51,313 nt of DNA from an uncultured Candidatus Saccharibacteria bacterium. Its GTDB lineage: Bacteria; Patescibacteriota; Minisyncoccia; Phycocordibacterales; XYD1-FULL-46-19. Location: positions 285,757 to 337,069 of the forward strand of contig CAZXCI010000001.1 of assembly GCA_964639285.1 (NCBI GenBank), read 5' to 3'. The notes under the pieces were generated by a model. It was not told the origin of the DNA. It searched no databases and saw nothing but the letters and a program-made list of their open reading frames with translations. Shown in pieces: positions 7,584 to 16,654 of the stretch (the first letter of the stretch is position 1; every line of letters begins with the position of its first letter). Both the position numbers and the translations under genes were made by a program.

Positions 7584-10136
7584 ATGAAAGATAAAGAAGC
7601 ACAAGCTAGAATAAAGATAAACAAACTTTTAGAACAAGTAGGTTGGCGTTTTGAAGATTCAGAAAAAGGTAAAGCAAATATCTCTCTAGAGCCTGGAGTG
7701 ACTATTGCTGATGCTGGGGACGATTTTGAGAACATTCCTAAGGGATACATAGACTATCTTCTGTTAGACAAAGATGGTCGTCCTCTTGTTGTACTTGAAG
7801 CTAAAAAAGAATCCATTGAGCCACTTTCAGCAAAAGAACAAGCTCGTAATTATGCGAGAAATGTAGGTGCTCGTTTTGTCATACTTTCAAACGGAAATCT
7901 TCATTATTTTTGGGATACTAAACACGGCAACCCTGATACTATCGCTCGTTTCCCTACACAAGAATCCATAACTCAATTTGAAAGCTACACACCAAACCCC
8001 CAAGAACTAGCTTCTACGGTCGTAGATGAAAATTACATAATCGCTTCCCAAATGCCTGGCTTTGAGAATGATCCATCTTTCAAAGATGGCTCTTTGCTAT
8101 CAGAATTTCTTAGAGCAAACAATTTAAAACAAATGCGTCCATATCAAGTGGAAGCAATTAAAGCAATTCAACAATCAGGACTTCAAGGAAACACTCGTTT
8201 CTTGTTTGAAATGGCGACTGGTACAGGAAAAACACTGACTTCAGCCGCGGTAATTAAACTATTTTTAAAATCTGGTAATGCCCGACGAGTTCTTTTCTTG
8301 GTAGACCGTATTGAACTTGAAGATCAATCATATAAAGCTTTCAGACAATACCTCGGGCGTGACTATACTTGCGTAATCTATAAAGATGCTCGTGATTCTT
8401 GGCAACGTGCACAAATTGTTGTTTCAACAATCCAGACATTCATGGCGAATGATCGGTATAAGAAAGAATTTTCTCCAACCGATTTTGAGTTTGTAATTTC
8501 AGACGAAGCCCACAGATCTATCGGTGGAAACTCACGTGCGGTATTTGAATACTTTGTTGGGTATAAATTAGGGCTAACAGCTACCCCTAAAGACTATCTC
8601 AAGGGGCTTGATGGTGAAGACGAAAATACTCAAAGAGAATTTGAGCGAAGACAAATGTTGGATACCTATAAAACATTTGGTTGTGAGCCGGGTCAGCCAA
8701 CATATCGGTATGATCTTCTAAAAGGTGTACAGGATGGATTTTTAATAAACCCTATTGTTGTAGATGCTCGAACAGAGATCACTACAAAACTTCTCTCTGA
8801 TGACGGATTCGCTGTTCACACAACAACAGAAGACGGAGAAACAGTAGACCAAATCTTTAATGAAAAACACTATGAGAGAAAGTTCTTCAATGAAGAAACC
8901 AATATTGCTATGTGTAAGGCATTCATTGAAAATGGTCTCTTTGATCCTGTTGCAAAGCAAGTAGGTGTACCTTTATTCGGTAAAGGTATTGTTTTCTGCG
9001 TATCTCAAAAACACGCCGCTCGAGTAACTAATATCCTCAATAAACTCGCTTTTCAAAAATGGCCAGATCTTTACAAAGAATCTGATTTTGCGATGCAAGT
9101 AACTTCACAAGTTTCAGATGCACAGCAAATGACTATTAATTTCTCAAATAATAAGTTAGGTGGATCAATTTCTGTTCCTGCTGGATATGATTCTGGCAAA
9201 ACTCGTGTTGCGGTTACGGTCGGAATGATGACAACAGGATATGACTGTCAGGATCTTTTGAACATCGCTTTAATGCGACCAGTATTTAGTCCGTCTGATT
9301 TTGTGCAGATTAAAGGTCGTGGTACACGAAAACATCTTTTCAATTTTACAGACTCAGAAACAAATGAAAATTATCGTGCTGAAAAAGAAACTTTCAAATT
9401 CTTCGACTTTTTTGCAACATGCGAATACTTTGAGAAAGAGTTCAAGTATGACGACAAAATAAAACTACCTGTTATCAAAAAGGTTTCGAGTGCTGACCCA
9501 GTTGAATCTACTCAAGGAGAATTCGTTGATGAAAATGGTGAAAAAGTATTCAAGGGTCCAATAGATCTGCAGTCTGACGACAAGATAGTTTCTGTATCTC
9601 ATACCGAAGTTGGTTCTGACGGTATGCGTATTGACCGTGAAGGCTTTCGTAGAGCTGTGGAAGAAGATATTCTTGCCAACGCTGTGCTCTCTAACCTTTG
9701 GAAGAACGGCGATATAATTGAAGCAGAAGAGTACACCAAAAAACACATATTCGACAAGCCAGCACATTTCTTGAACCTTGAGAAAATCAGAAAGGTTTTC
9801 AATGTAGATCGTAGAATCAGTATTCGAGAATTCCTGCAGATTGCTTTTGGAGAAAAAGATACTTTTGAAAGTAAAAACGAGCTACTTGATGGACAATGGG
9901 ACAAATTCGTAGAGCTTCATCCTGTAGACCCAGATCATTACTATCAAGCAAAGGACTTCTTCAAATCATATATATCTGATTCAGAAGTACGAGATATTAT
10001 TGATCGAAAGGCATACGGTGAACTCTTCCACTCGCCAGCACTATCATTTGAAACATGGAATGCATGTAACGGATATAAAGACATTATTCCTCGATACATC
10101 AAAGACTATGTATCACTTAACACATTTATGAATTAA
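7584..10136 (+). CDS. hsdR: Type I restriction endonuclease subunit R
   Basis: N-terminal PD-(D/E)xK (DYLLLD...LEAKK), MATGTGKT, DEAH, GLTATP, MMTTGYD, QIKGRGTR. Confidence 0.9.
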   Translation: MKDKEAQARIKINKLLEQVGWRFEDSEKGKANISLEPGVTIADAGDDFENIPKGYIDYLLLDKDGRPLVVLEAKKESIEPLSAKEQARNYARNVGARFVILSNGNLHYFWDTKHGNPDTIARFPTQESITQFESYTPNPQELASTVVDENYIIASQMPGFENDPSFKDGSLLSEFLRANNLKQMRPYQVEAIKAIQQSGLQGNTRFLFEMATGTGKTLTSAAVIKLFLKSGNARRVLFLVDRIELEDQSYKAFRQYLGRDYTCVIYKDARDSWQRAQIVVSTIQTFMANDRYKKEFSPTDFEFVISDEAHRSIGGNSRAVFEYFVGYKLGLTATPKDYLKGLDGEDENTQREFERRQMLDTYKTFGCEPGQPTYRYDLLKGVQDGFLINPIVVDARTEITTKLLSDDGFAVHTTTEDGETVDQIFNEKHYERKFFNEETNIAMCKAFIENGLFDPVAKQVGVPLFGKGIVFCVSQKHAARVTNILNKLAFQKWPDLYKESDFAMQVTSQVSDAQQMTINFSNNKLGGSISVPAGYDSGKTRVAVTVGMMTTGYDCQDLLNIALMRPVFSPSDFVQIKGRGTRKHLFNFTDSETNENYRAEKETFKFFDFFATCEYFEKEFKYDDKIKLPVIKKVSSADPVESTQGEFVDENGEKVFKGPIDLQSDDKIVSVSHTEVGSDGMRIDREGFRRAVEEDILANAVLSNLWKNGDIIEAEEYTKKHIFDKPAHFLNLEKIRKVFNVDRRISIREFLQIAFGEKDTFESKNELLDGQWDKFVELHPVDPDHYYQAKDFFKSYISDSEVRDIIDRKAYGELFHSPALSFETWNACNGYKDIIPRYIKDYVSLNTFMN

Positions 10137-10138
10137 TT

Positions 10139-12124
10139 ATGCTTACACAAGACACAAAAAAACACATAGACGCCGCGAGACAGATTCTTGTTGGTGTTGT
10201 TCCAAATCCAATGTCTCAAGTGGAGCAAATTACCAATGCTCTTATTTACAAATTCATGGACGACATGGATCAACAAGCTATCAAAGCTGGTGGTGATCCC
10301 TCTTTCTTCGTAAAAGACCTTGAAAAATACGCTTGGACAAAAGTAATGGATTCTCGTTTAGGTAACCAAGAACGAATGAACCTCTATACCGAAGCGTTGA
10401 TGAAATTTTCAGAAGCAAAGCAACTACCACAGCTTTTCAGAGATATTTTCAAACAAGCATTTTTGCCATATCGAGATCCAGAAGTTCTTGGTCTTTTCCT
10501 AAAAGAAATTTCATACTTTGATTACACCCATTCAGAAGAACTCGGAAATGCATATGAGTATCTTCTTTCAATTATGTCATCACAAGGTGATGCAGGACAA
10601 TTCCGTACACCTCGCCATATTATTGATTTCATTGTTGATGTTCTCGTCCCAACTAAGGACGACACTATTCTAGATCCTGCTTGTGGTACTGCTGGATTTT
10701 TGATTAGTGCGTACAACTATATCAAGAGACAAAACGAAGGTGTCGATCCAGAGACTGGAAAGATGCGACAGCTTACAGCAGACGAACGCAGAAAACTGGT
10801 AAATAACTTTGAGGGATACGACGTTGATCCGACTATGGTTCGTATGTCACAGGTAAACATGTATTTGCATAAGTTTACTACTCCAAAAATCTACAACTAC
10901 AACACCCTTGCAAGTGAAGAACGCTGGAATGATAAGTTTGATGTTATTTTGGCGAATCCTCCGTTTATGTCTCCAAAAGGAGGTATAAAGCCACATAATA
11001 AATTCAGTGTTCAAGCGAACCGTGCCGAAGTTCTCTTTGTGGATTACATAATGAATCACCTTAAGCCAAAAGGACGAGCAGGCATTATCGTTCCAGAGGG
11101 TATTATCTTCCAATCAGGAAAAGCATATAAGGAACTTCGTAAGAATCTCGTGAATGACGGACTGTTTGCCGTTGTATCACTCCCTGTTGGGGTGTTTAAT
11201 CCATACTCAGGAGTAAAAACCAGTATTCTATTTTTTGATAATGAAGTAGCAAAGAAAACAAAAGATTTGTTGTTTGTAAAAGTAACCAGTGACGGATACG
11301 ACCTTGGTGCGCAACGCAGAAAGATTGATAAAGATGACTTGCCAGATGTTGGAAGTATTTTGAAGAATTTCCGAGGGCAGGTTAACGCTGGAAAAGATAC
11401 AGAGACCATTCAATCTTTTGTAGAAAAGTCAGATAAGGCTTTATTGGTTTCAAAAGAAAAAATTGCAGAAAATGATGAGTATAATCTTTCAGCCGATAGG
11501 TATAAAGAAATAAATACATATGAAAATGCAAAATGGGAAGTTATTGAATTAGGGAAATTAGAAGATGAGGGTAAAATTGAATTTCTAAGAGGTCAAGGAA
11601 TATCTAAAAAAGATATTGTCGATGGTGGTAAAAATAAATGCATACACTATGGTGAAATATACACTTTATACCAACCAGTAATTTCTAATGTAATAAGTAG
11701 AACAAATTTTGAGGGAAAAATTCGATCAGTCAAGGGTGATGTTTTAGTCCCATCAACAACCACAGCAGATGCCTACGGAATAGCAGTTGCTAGGTCATTA
11801 AATGAAGATGGTGTAGTTTTGGGTGGAGATATAAATATAATAAGAACAAAGAATCAATATTTATTATCTGATTTTCTTGCTTATTTAATTAGTAATTCTG
11901 AAGTTAAAAATCAACTTGCAACTTTTGCAAAAGGCGTAAATATCCTGCATCTTTCTAACTCCGATCTTCGAAAATTAAAGATTCCTCTTCCTCCACTCGA
12001 AGTTCAAAAAGAAATTGTTGAACAAATTGAGGTAAAACAAAAAGCCATTGAGGGTGCAAAACAAGTCATCGAAAATCTAGAGAGAGAGAGAGACGATATT
12101 TTGGTCAGTCACTTAGGAAGTTAG
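10139..12124 (+). CDS. hsdM: Type I R-M methyltransferase M fused to first specificity (TRD) domain; 5' part of a frameshifted M-S fusion
   Basis: GQFRTPRHII, DPACGTAGF, NPPF (m6A); C-terminal TRD ending IPLPPLEVQKEIV. Confidence 0.9.
   Translation: MLTQDTKKHIDAARQILVGVVPNPMSQVEQITNALIYKFMDDMDQQAIKAGGDPSFFVKDLEKYAWTKVMDSRLGNQERMNLYTEALMKFSEAKQLPQLFRDIFKQAFLPYRDPEVLGLFLKEISYFDYTHSEELGNAYEYLLSIMSSQGDAGQFRTPRHIIDFIVDVLVPTKDDTILDPACGTAGFLISAYNYIKRQNEGVDPETGKMRQLTADERRKLVNNFEGYDVDPTMVRMSQVNMYLHKFTTPKIYNYNTLASEERWNDKFDVILANPPFMSPKGGIKPHNKFSVQANRAEVLFVDYIMNHLKPKGRAGIIVPEGIIFQSGKAYKELRKNLVNDGLFAVVSLPVGVFNPYSGVKTSILFFDNEVAKKTKDLLFVKVTSDGYDLGAQRRKIDKDDLPDVGSILKNFRGQVNAGKDTETIQSFVEKSDKALLVSKEKIAENDEYNLSADRYKEINTYENAKWEVIELGKLEDEGKIEFLRGQGISKKDIVDGGKNKCIHYGEIYTLYQPVISNVISRTNFEGKIRSVKGDVLVPSTTTADAYGIAVARSLNEDGVVLGGDINIIRTKNQYLLSDFLAYLISNSEVKNQLATFAKGVNILHLSNSDLRKLKIPLPPLEVQKEIVEQIEVKQKAIEGAKQVIENLERERDDILVSHLGS
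12079..12093 (+). repeat. (AG)7A dinucleotide tract at the M-S frameshift point
   Basis: ct-agagagagagagaga-cgatat; deleting one AG unit fuses 10139.. in frame with 12136..12657 without stops. Confidence 0.85.
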
Positions 12125-12135
12125 ATGACATTGAA

Positions 12136-12657
12136 ATGATTGAGTTAGCTCAAATTGCTGATGTTACAGCAGGACAGTCACCAGAAGGAAAATATTACAA
12201 TGAGAATAGAGACGGTGTGCCATTTTACCAAGGAAAGACTGAGTTTGGAGACATGTTTATCGGTGAGCCAAGAGTGTGGACGACTAAGGTCACAAAAATT
12301 GCAAAAGCTGGTGATATTCTTATGTCTGTTAGGGCACCAGTCGGTCCTGTTAATCTTGTAAATGAGAAGGTATGTATTGGTCGAGGTCTTGCTTCTATTA
12401 GACCAAAAAATATAGAGCAGACGTATTTATTTAATTATTTAAGATCAATACAGGATGAAATCATAGGGAATGGTGGTGCGGTTTTTGATTCTATAAACAA
12501 GTCACAAATTGAAAAAATTCTTATACCAGTTGTCTCGATTGAAAAACAAAAAGAAATTGTCAAAAAATTAGAAATTGAAGAAGAGATAATTGAATCAAAC
12601 AAAAAACTTATTGATTTAATGCAGAAAAAGATAGAGGAAGTTTTATCTGAAATCTAA
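12136..12657 (+). CDS. hsdS: Type I R-M specificity subunit, second TRD (3' part of the frameshifted M-S fusion)
   Basis: GQSP, GDILMSVRAPVG, IGRGLASI, IPVVSIEKQKEIV; single TRD only. Confidence 0.88.
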   Translation: MIELAQIADVTAGQSPEGKYYNENRDGVPFYQGKTEFGDMFIGEPRVWTTKVTKIAKAGDILMSVRAPVGPVNLVNEKVCIGRGLASIRPKNIEQTYLFNYLRSIQDEIIGNGGAVFDSINKSQIEKILIPVVSIEKQKEIVKKLEIEEEIIESNKKLIDLMQKKIEEVLSEI

Positions 12658-12665
12658 AGCAATTT

Positions 12666-13421
12666 ATGAAGTTTATATTTATTGATGAGTTTAAATATAA
12701 TCATAAAAAAGACTACAGGGTTTATGGTCTTGCCTTAGTGATAATAGACTCAAATTTTTATCCAGGTTTTAAGAAGACATTTTATAAAGAAATTGAAAAA
12801 ATTGGTTGGGATAAAAATTTTGAATTTAAAGGTAAATCCTTGTTTTCTGCTTCCGATGGAGATATAAGGGTTTCGGTTGAAAAAAGAATCGATTGTATGG
12901 AAAAAATAGTTAATTTAAGTACTACCAAATCTGGGAAAATAGCAAAAACGCCAGTTTATGTATCATTAGAATTATTTGATAATAAGACGAGTGAATACGA
13001 TTGTTATAAAGTATGCCTAGAGAAAATAATTAAAAAGTTGCCAAAAGTGAATAATGCTAAAAAATCTTTGATTTCGGTTTCTTATGATGAAAATGAGAGT
13101 CTAGAAAAAGATTTTGATAATGTTATTGAATTTTTGTTGCAAAAAAGAGGGTATGTTTTATTTGAAAAGCCATACAGCGTTAAATCTTCACTAAAAGTTC
13201 CTGGGATTTTATTTGCGGATTATGTTTGCTATTTTCATCAGACTTTTTTTACTCAATCAAAATTTAGAAAAGAAAATGCTCAAGAAATTTTATCTATCTT
13301 GGAAAAAGAAAATAAGACAGGGGAAGATGAAAAGAAAATACAGACAGTGATCTATAATTATAGAAAAGAATCAAAGACCAAAGATCTGATTCTTTCAATA
13401 AAAAAGGTAGTATATGTATGA
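12666..13421 (+). CDS. DUF3800-like (RNase H fold) protein
   Basis: N-terminal FIDE and C-terminal GILFADYV pattern typical of DUF3800. Confidence 0.6.
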   Translation: MKFIFIDEFKYNHKKDYRVYGLALVIIDSNFYPGFKKTFYKEIEKIGWDKNFEFKGKSLFSASDGDIRVSVEKRIDCMEKIVNLSTTKSGKIAKTPVYVSLELFDNKTSEYDCYKVCLEKIIKKLPKVNNAKKSLISVSYDENESLEKDFDNVIEFLLQKRGYVLFEKPYSVKSSLKVPGILFADYVCYFHQTFFTQSKFRKENAQEILSILEKENKTGEDEKKIQTVIYNYRKESKTKDLILSIKKVVYV

Positions 13422-14127
13422 AGACTTACGAGGCATTAATGCATATTTGTCCGTAAAAAACGAGAGTGAGGAAGAACAGAAATATCTCTCTGGACTATAT
13501 ACTCAATATATAAATGCTACAGAGTCTGAATCGTATCATTTAGCGCTTTTTGCATACCATCTTTTATTTATGTCTTTTGTGTATCAAACGATGTATAAAA
13601 TTAAAGAGTGGTATCCTGAAAAATTTAAGCTGGCTCTCATAACCTCATCGAAACAAGAGAGGGATGAATATTTAGAGACAAAATCTTGTTGGATATTTTC
13701 AAAAATTAGAGAGAGAACAATATTTAGTTTGATTCATATATTGGCAGATAATGATGGACTGGTTGAAAGTTGTAAGAAGAAGATAGTTGATTACAGAAAT
13801 GAAAAACTTGGACATGCTAACCCAATAATGGTTGGCGAATTTGAATTTAACCAAAAAATAAAAGAGTACAATGAAATAGCTTGTGATATTCAACAAATGG
13901 CCCACGAAAAACTAGGCGCACTATTTCAAGAATTCACTGAGCTTTTTGAGGAAACCGATAAAATAACAAAGGACGATCTTGAGTTAAATCTGATCATTAA
14001 CAATAGATTGAGTGAAAAAGATTTAGAATGTCTTGGTGCTGAATGTACGATACAAAACACTATCATCCATAATAAAATTAAGGATGTATTGATAAAAGAT
14101 TACGGTATTGAAATCACTGTAATTTAA
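13414..14127 (+). CDS. Hypothetical protein, possible HEPN domain
   Basis: Helical acidic protein with YRNEKLGH (Rx5H) motif; overlaps the upstream gene by 8 bp. Confidence 0.5.
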   Translation: MYEDLRGINAYLSVKNESEEEQKYLSGLYTQYINATESESYHLALFAYHLLFMSFVYQTMYKIKEWYPEKFKLALITSSKQERDEYLETKSCWIFSKIRERTIFSLIHILADNDGLVESCKKKIVDYRNEKLGHANPIMVGEFEFNQKIKEYNEIACDIQQMAHEKLGALFQEFTELFEETDKITKDDLELNLIINNRLSEKDLECLGAECTIQNTIIHNKIKDVLIKDYGIEITVI

Positions 14128-15436
14128 CGGTTTTATCTTGTAGGGTCATTTTCGATTTAAAACAAGTGAGTAATTCTCTCTTTTCTTCAGTAGACCCATC
14201 TTTTAAAATAAACTTGGCGTAGTCTCTGATATCGACATCTTTTATTTGTGGTGGCTGTTTTACTCCAAGAACCGATTGATTAAATTTCTTTATTCGTTCG
14301 ACTTCTTCTTTGATCCTCTCCTTCATCCCAATTTCATCGATATCAATAGTTTCGATTAAGTTCTGAAGCTGTTTTACTAGGTCTTCTTCTTTAACATATC
14401 CACACTTACAATTCTTATCCCTAGCCTTAGTACAACCATAATATACATAGCGATGAGTATTGCCATTCTTTTGTTTTTTAAATTTTTCATCGGCACAGAT
14501 ACCAGAACCACATAGACCACAAGTCATCAGTTTAGTAAAAGCAAATTCTTTAGGTTCTTGAATCCTTAACACTTGGCTTTTGATCTGTCCTTGAACCTGA
14601 TCAAACAATTCTTTAGTTATTAATGGTTGATGTTTTCCTGTATACCAATTACCACTTTTTACTGGGTATTCAAAGACTCCGTAATAAAAAGGATTTTGTA
14701 AGATCTGATAAATGTTGCCGAGAGTTAGCCCTTTGTTCCCTGTCACACTCTTAAAATTAAGCTCAAATTTCAGCCAATGAAAAACCTTTCGACCGCTCCA
14801 TTTTTCGTAAGCGACCTTTTCAAATATCTTTTTAATAATCGGGCCACGTTCGGGATCAATTATAACTTGGCACTTCCGATCCATATGTCTTTCGTTTATA
14901 TAACCAACCACAGCTGGCCCAGGTCTTAATCCCATTTCACACCTTGTTCTTAATCCTCGTTTTACGTTAATACTTTTATTATCATTCTCAAGCTTAGCTT
15001 GAGAACATAAAATCATGAGTAAAAACTTGTCGTTTGGTGAATTTTTAAAATATTGACCAAAAGTGCGAATTTCAAAAAGAAGTTTCTGATCCATTAAATC
15101 AACAAGTGAACCTAAGTCCCCAGCGTTACGACTTAAACGGTCTGGTGCCCATGTCAGAATTCCATTAAATCGGCCTCGTCTAATATCTTCTAGTAATTCC
15201 TTAAAAACAGGTCGTTGCCCTGAGTCTTTGGCGGAATGAGATTCTCGTCTTATGTCTATAATTTCCAAGCCCTCCCTTTCGGCGATCTGAAGCATTTCCT
15301 TAACTTGAGATTCAATCGATAATGCCTGTTTTTCGTCTGATTCGGTCGACTTACGAGCATAAAGACAGTATTTAACCTTTTGGGTCGGTAGGGCTATTGG
15401 TTGGCCTATTTGGGCACTTATGGCTTGTATTTCCAT
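14114..15436 (-). CDS. Large serine recombinase (resolvase + recombinase + Zn ribbon)
   Basis: YARKS catalytic Ser, DRLSRN, CGLCG...YYGC...C zinc ribbon. Confidence 0.92.
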   Translation of the reverse strand: MEIQAISAQIGQPIALPTQKVKYCLYARKSTESDEKQALSIESQVKEMLQIAEREGLEIIDIRRESHSAKDSGQRPVFKELLEDIRRGRFNGILTWAPDRLSRNAGDLGSLVDLMDQKLLFEIRTFGQYFKNSPNDKFLLMILCSQAKLENDNKSINVKRGLRTRCEMGLRPGPAVVGYINERHMDRKCQVIIDPERGPIIKKIFEKVAYEKWSGRKVFHWLKFELNFKSVTGNKGLTLGNIYQILQNPFYYGVFEYPVKSGNWYTGKHQPLITKELFDQVQGQIKSQVLRIQEPKEFAFTKLMTCGLCGSGICADEKFKKQKNGNTHRYVYYGCTKARDKNCKCGYVKEEDLVKQLQNLIETIDIDEIGMKERIKEEVERIKKFNQSVLGVKQPPQIKDVDIRDYAKFILKDGSTEEKRELLTCFKSKMTLQDKTVKLQ

Positions 15437-15463
15437 ATTATATTGATGACAGACCCTGGAACC

Positions 15464-15519
15464 TTGTAAAGCTATGCAGAATTGACCGTTTATTACATAA
15501 TCGTGGGCTAGCTTTACAA
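15464..15519. repeat. 11-bp inverted repeat with 34-bp spacer just upstream of the serine recombinase; candidate att/binding site
   Basis: TTGTAAAGCTA (15464-15474) / TAGCTTTACAA (15509-15519). Confidence 0.5.
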
Positions 15520-15601
15520 ATTATTTGATCAGCGATAGGGTTGGACGGATACAATTTTTGTTGTATTATTACATTAACAATTTAATAAGAAGTAGCCTAA
15601 A

Positions 15602-15765
15602 CCAGTAAGCAATTTCTGGCATGGCGAATAAGACCAACCAAGGCAAAAAACTCCTCGTCAGAGTTTGCCTTGGTTGGCCGTACCCCGAAAGGGGCACGTG
15701 CAGTCGAAAGACTGCGTTCTGGCGGGGAGCTTTTTGTTCCCAAATATTGTATGACCAACCAAGGC
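15602..15765 (+). promoter_or_regulatory. Structured leader / candidate cis-regulatory RNA of the UDG-like gene
   Basis: Long hairpin 15634-15677, two GAAA tetraloop hairpins (15683-15694, 15700-15715), hairpin 15725-15741, 13-nt direct repeat 15632-15644 = 15753-15765. Confidence 0.55.
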
Positions 15766-16254
15766 TTAGAAAAAATAAATACTCAAGTTAGAGAATTGGC
15801 TCAATCAGCGAAATATTACACTGGTCGTTTTATCCCCAAAATCAGTGAGGATTTCTCCAGTAAGGTAATGATTATTGGCGAGATGCCAACGGCTCCTAAG
15901 CAAGAAAGGGAGTGGGATCCTAGTGATAATTTCTTCCTTTCGAAAACTGATCTTAAATTTAACAAACTTCTAAACAAATTAGGTCTAAGCGGTAGCTACA
16001 TAACTGATATTGTTAAGACCTGTGCTAAGGCTCGTCGGCCGACGGTCGAAGAAATTGAAAAATTCAAAGCGATTCTATTGGATGAGATAGAAATTATCAA
16101 ACCTGAGATAATTCTCTCCCTTAGCAAGAATGCCAGTAATATTCTTGACGAAATGGGAATCAAAAATACCTGTATCTGGCACCCTTCCTATGTTGAGAGA
16201 TTCAATCGGTGGACAGAGTACGAAGAACAACTAAGGGCGGTTATTAGTCGTTAG
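15751..16254 (+). CDS. Uracil-DNA glycosylase superfamily protein (family 4/5-like, without Fe-S cysteine set)
   Basis: IIGEMP motif A, YITDIVK, EIEIIKPEII, WHPSY motif B; ATG at 15751 preferred to the track start, which lies in the leader. Confidence 0.75.
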   Translation: MTNQGLEKINTQVRELAQSAKYYTGRFIPKISEDFSSKVMIIGEMPTAPKQEREWDPSDNFFLSKTDLKFNKLLNKLGLSGSYITDIVKTCAKARRPTVEEIEKFKAILLDEIEIIKPEIILSLSKNASNILDEMGIKNTCIWHPSYVERFNRWTEYEEQLRAVISR

Positions 16255-16654
16255 CCTCTTTGATGATTTCTTGAGGGGCTTCGTCGTCAGGCTTACGTCC
16301 CGGGACAATTTCAATTGTGATCTTTTCAATTTTATTCTCATTGGGGGCGTACTTTTCCCAGAAGCTCTTCGGTCTTGGTCGCACATAGTTTTTCTTGTTG
16401 TTGTCTAGAAAGTACTTAATTGCCCAAGGTTTGCCATCTCGGGCCGCTTTAATTAACCCACTTTCCGCTATATCGGTACTATAATCAATTCCCATGGCCA
16501 TTGCTTTGTCCATAGCTTGTTTAAACTCGAGGTCTTCTTCTCGCCAGCGATAAACGGTATTCCTCGCTAGCCCAACCTTGGAGCAGACTGAACTAACAAT
16601 TGGCACCAAGGCGAGTTCCTCTAAGAATTTTTTAGCTAATCTGGGCTTCTTCAT
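16244..16654 (-). CDS. HTH protein resembling a phage terminase small subunit (phBC6A51-like)
   Basis: ACSKVGLARNTVYRWREED-type HTH (VCSKVGLARNTVYRW), AESGLIKA, WAIKYFL; next to ParB-MTase. Confidence 0.6.
   Translation of the reverse strand: MKKPRLAKKFLEELALVPIVSSVCSKVGLARNTVYRWREEDLEFKQAMDKAMAMGIDYSTDIAESGLIKAARDGKPWAIKYFLDNNKKNYVRPRPKSFWEKYAPNENKIEKITIEIVPGRKPDDEAPQEIIKEAND

Noticed and set aside
15670-15750. N-terminal extension of the UDG-like ORF (track start 15670)
   Set aside because: It runs through the hairpin-rich leader; the ATG at 15751 gives a compact UDG-sized protein.
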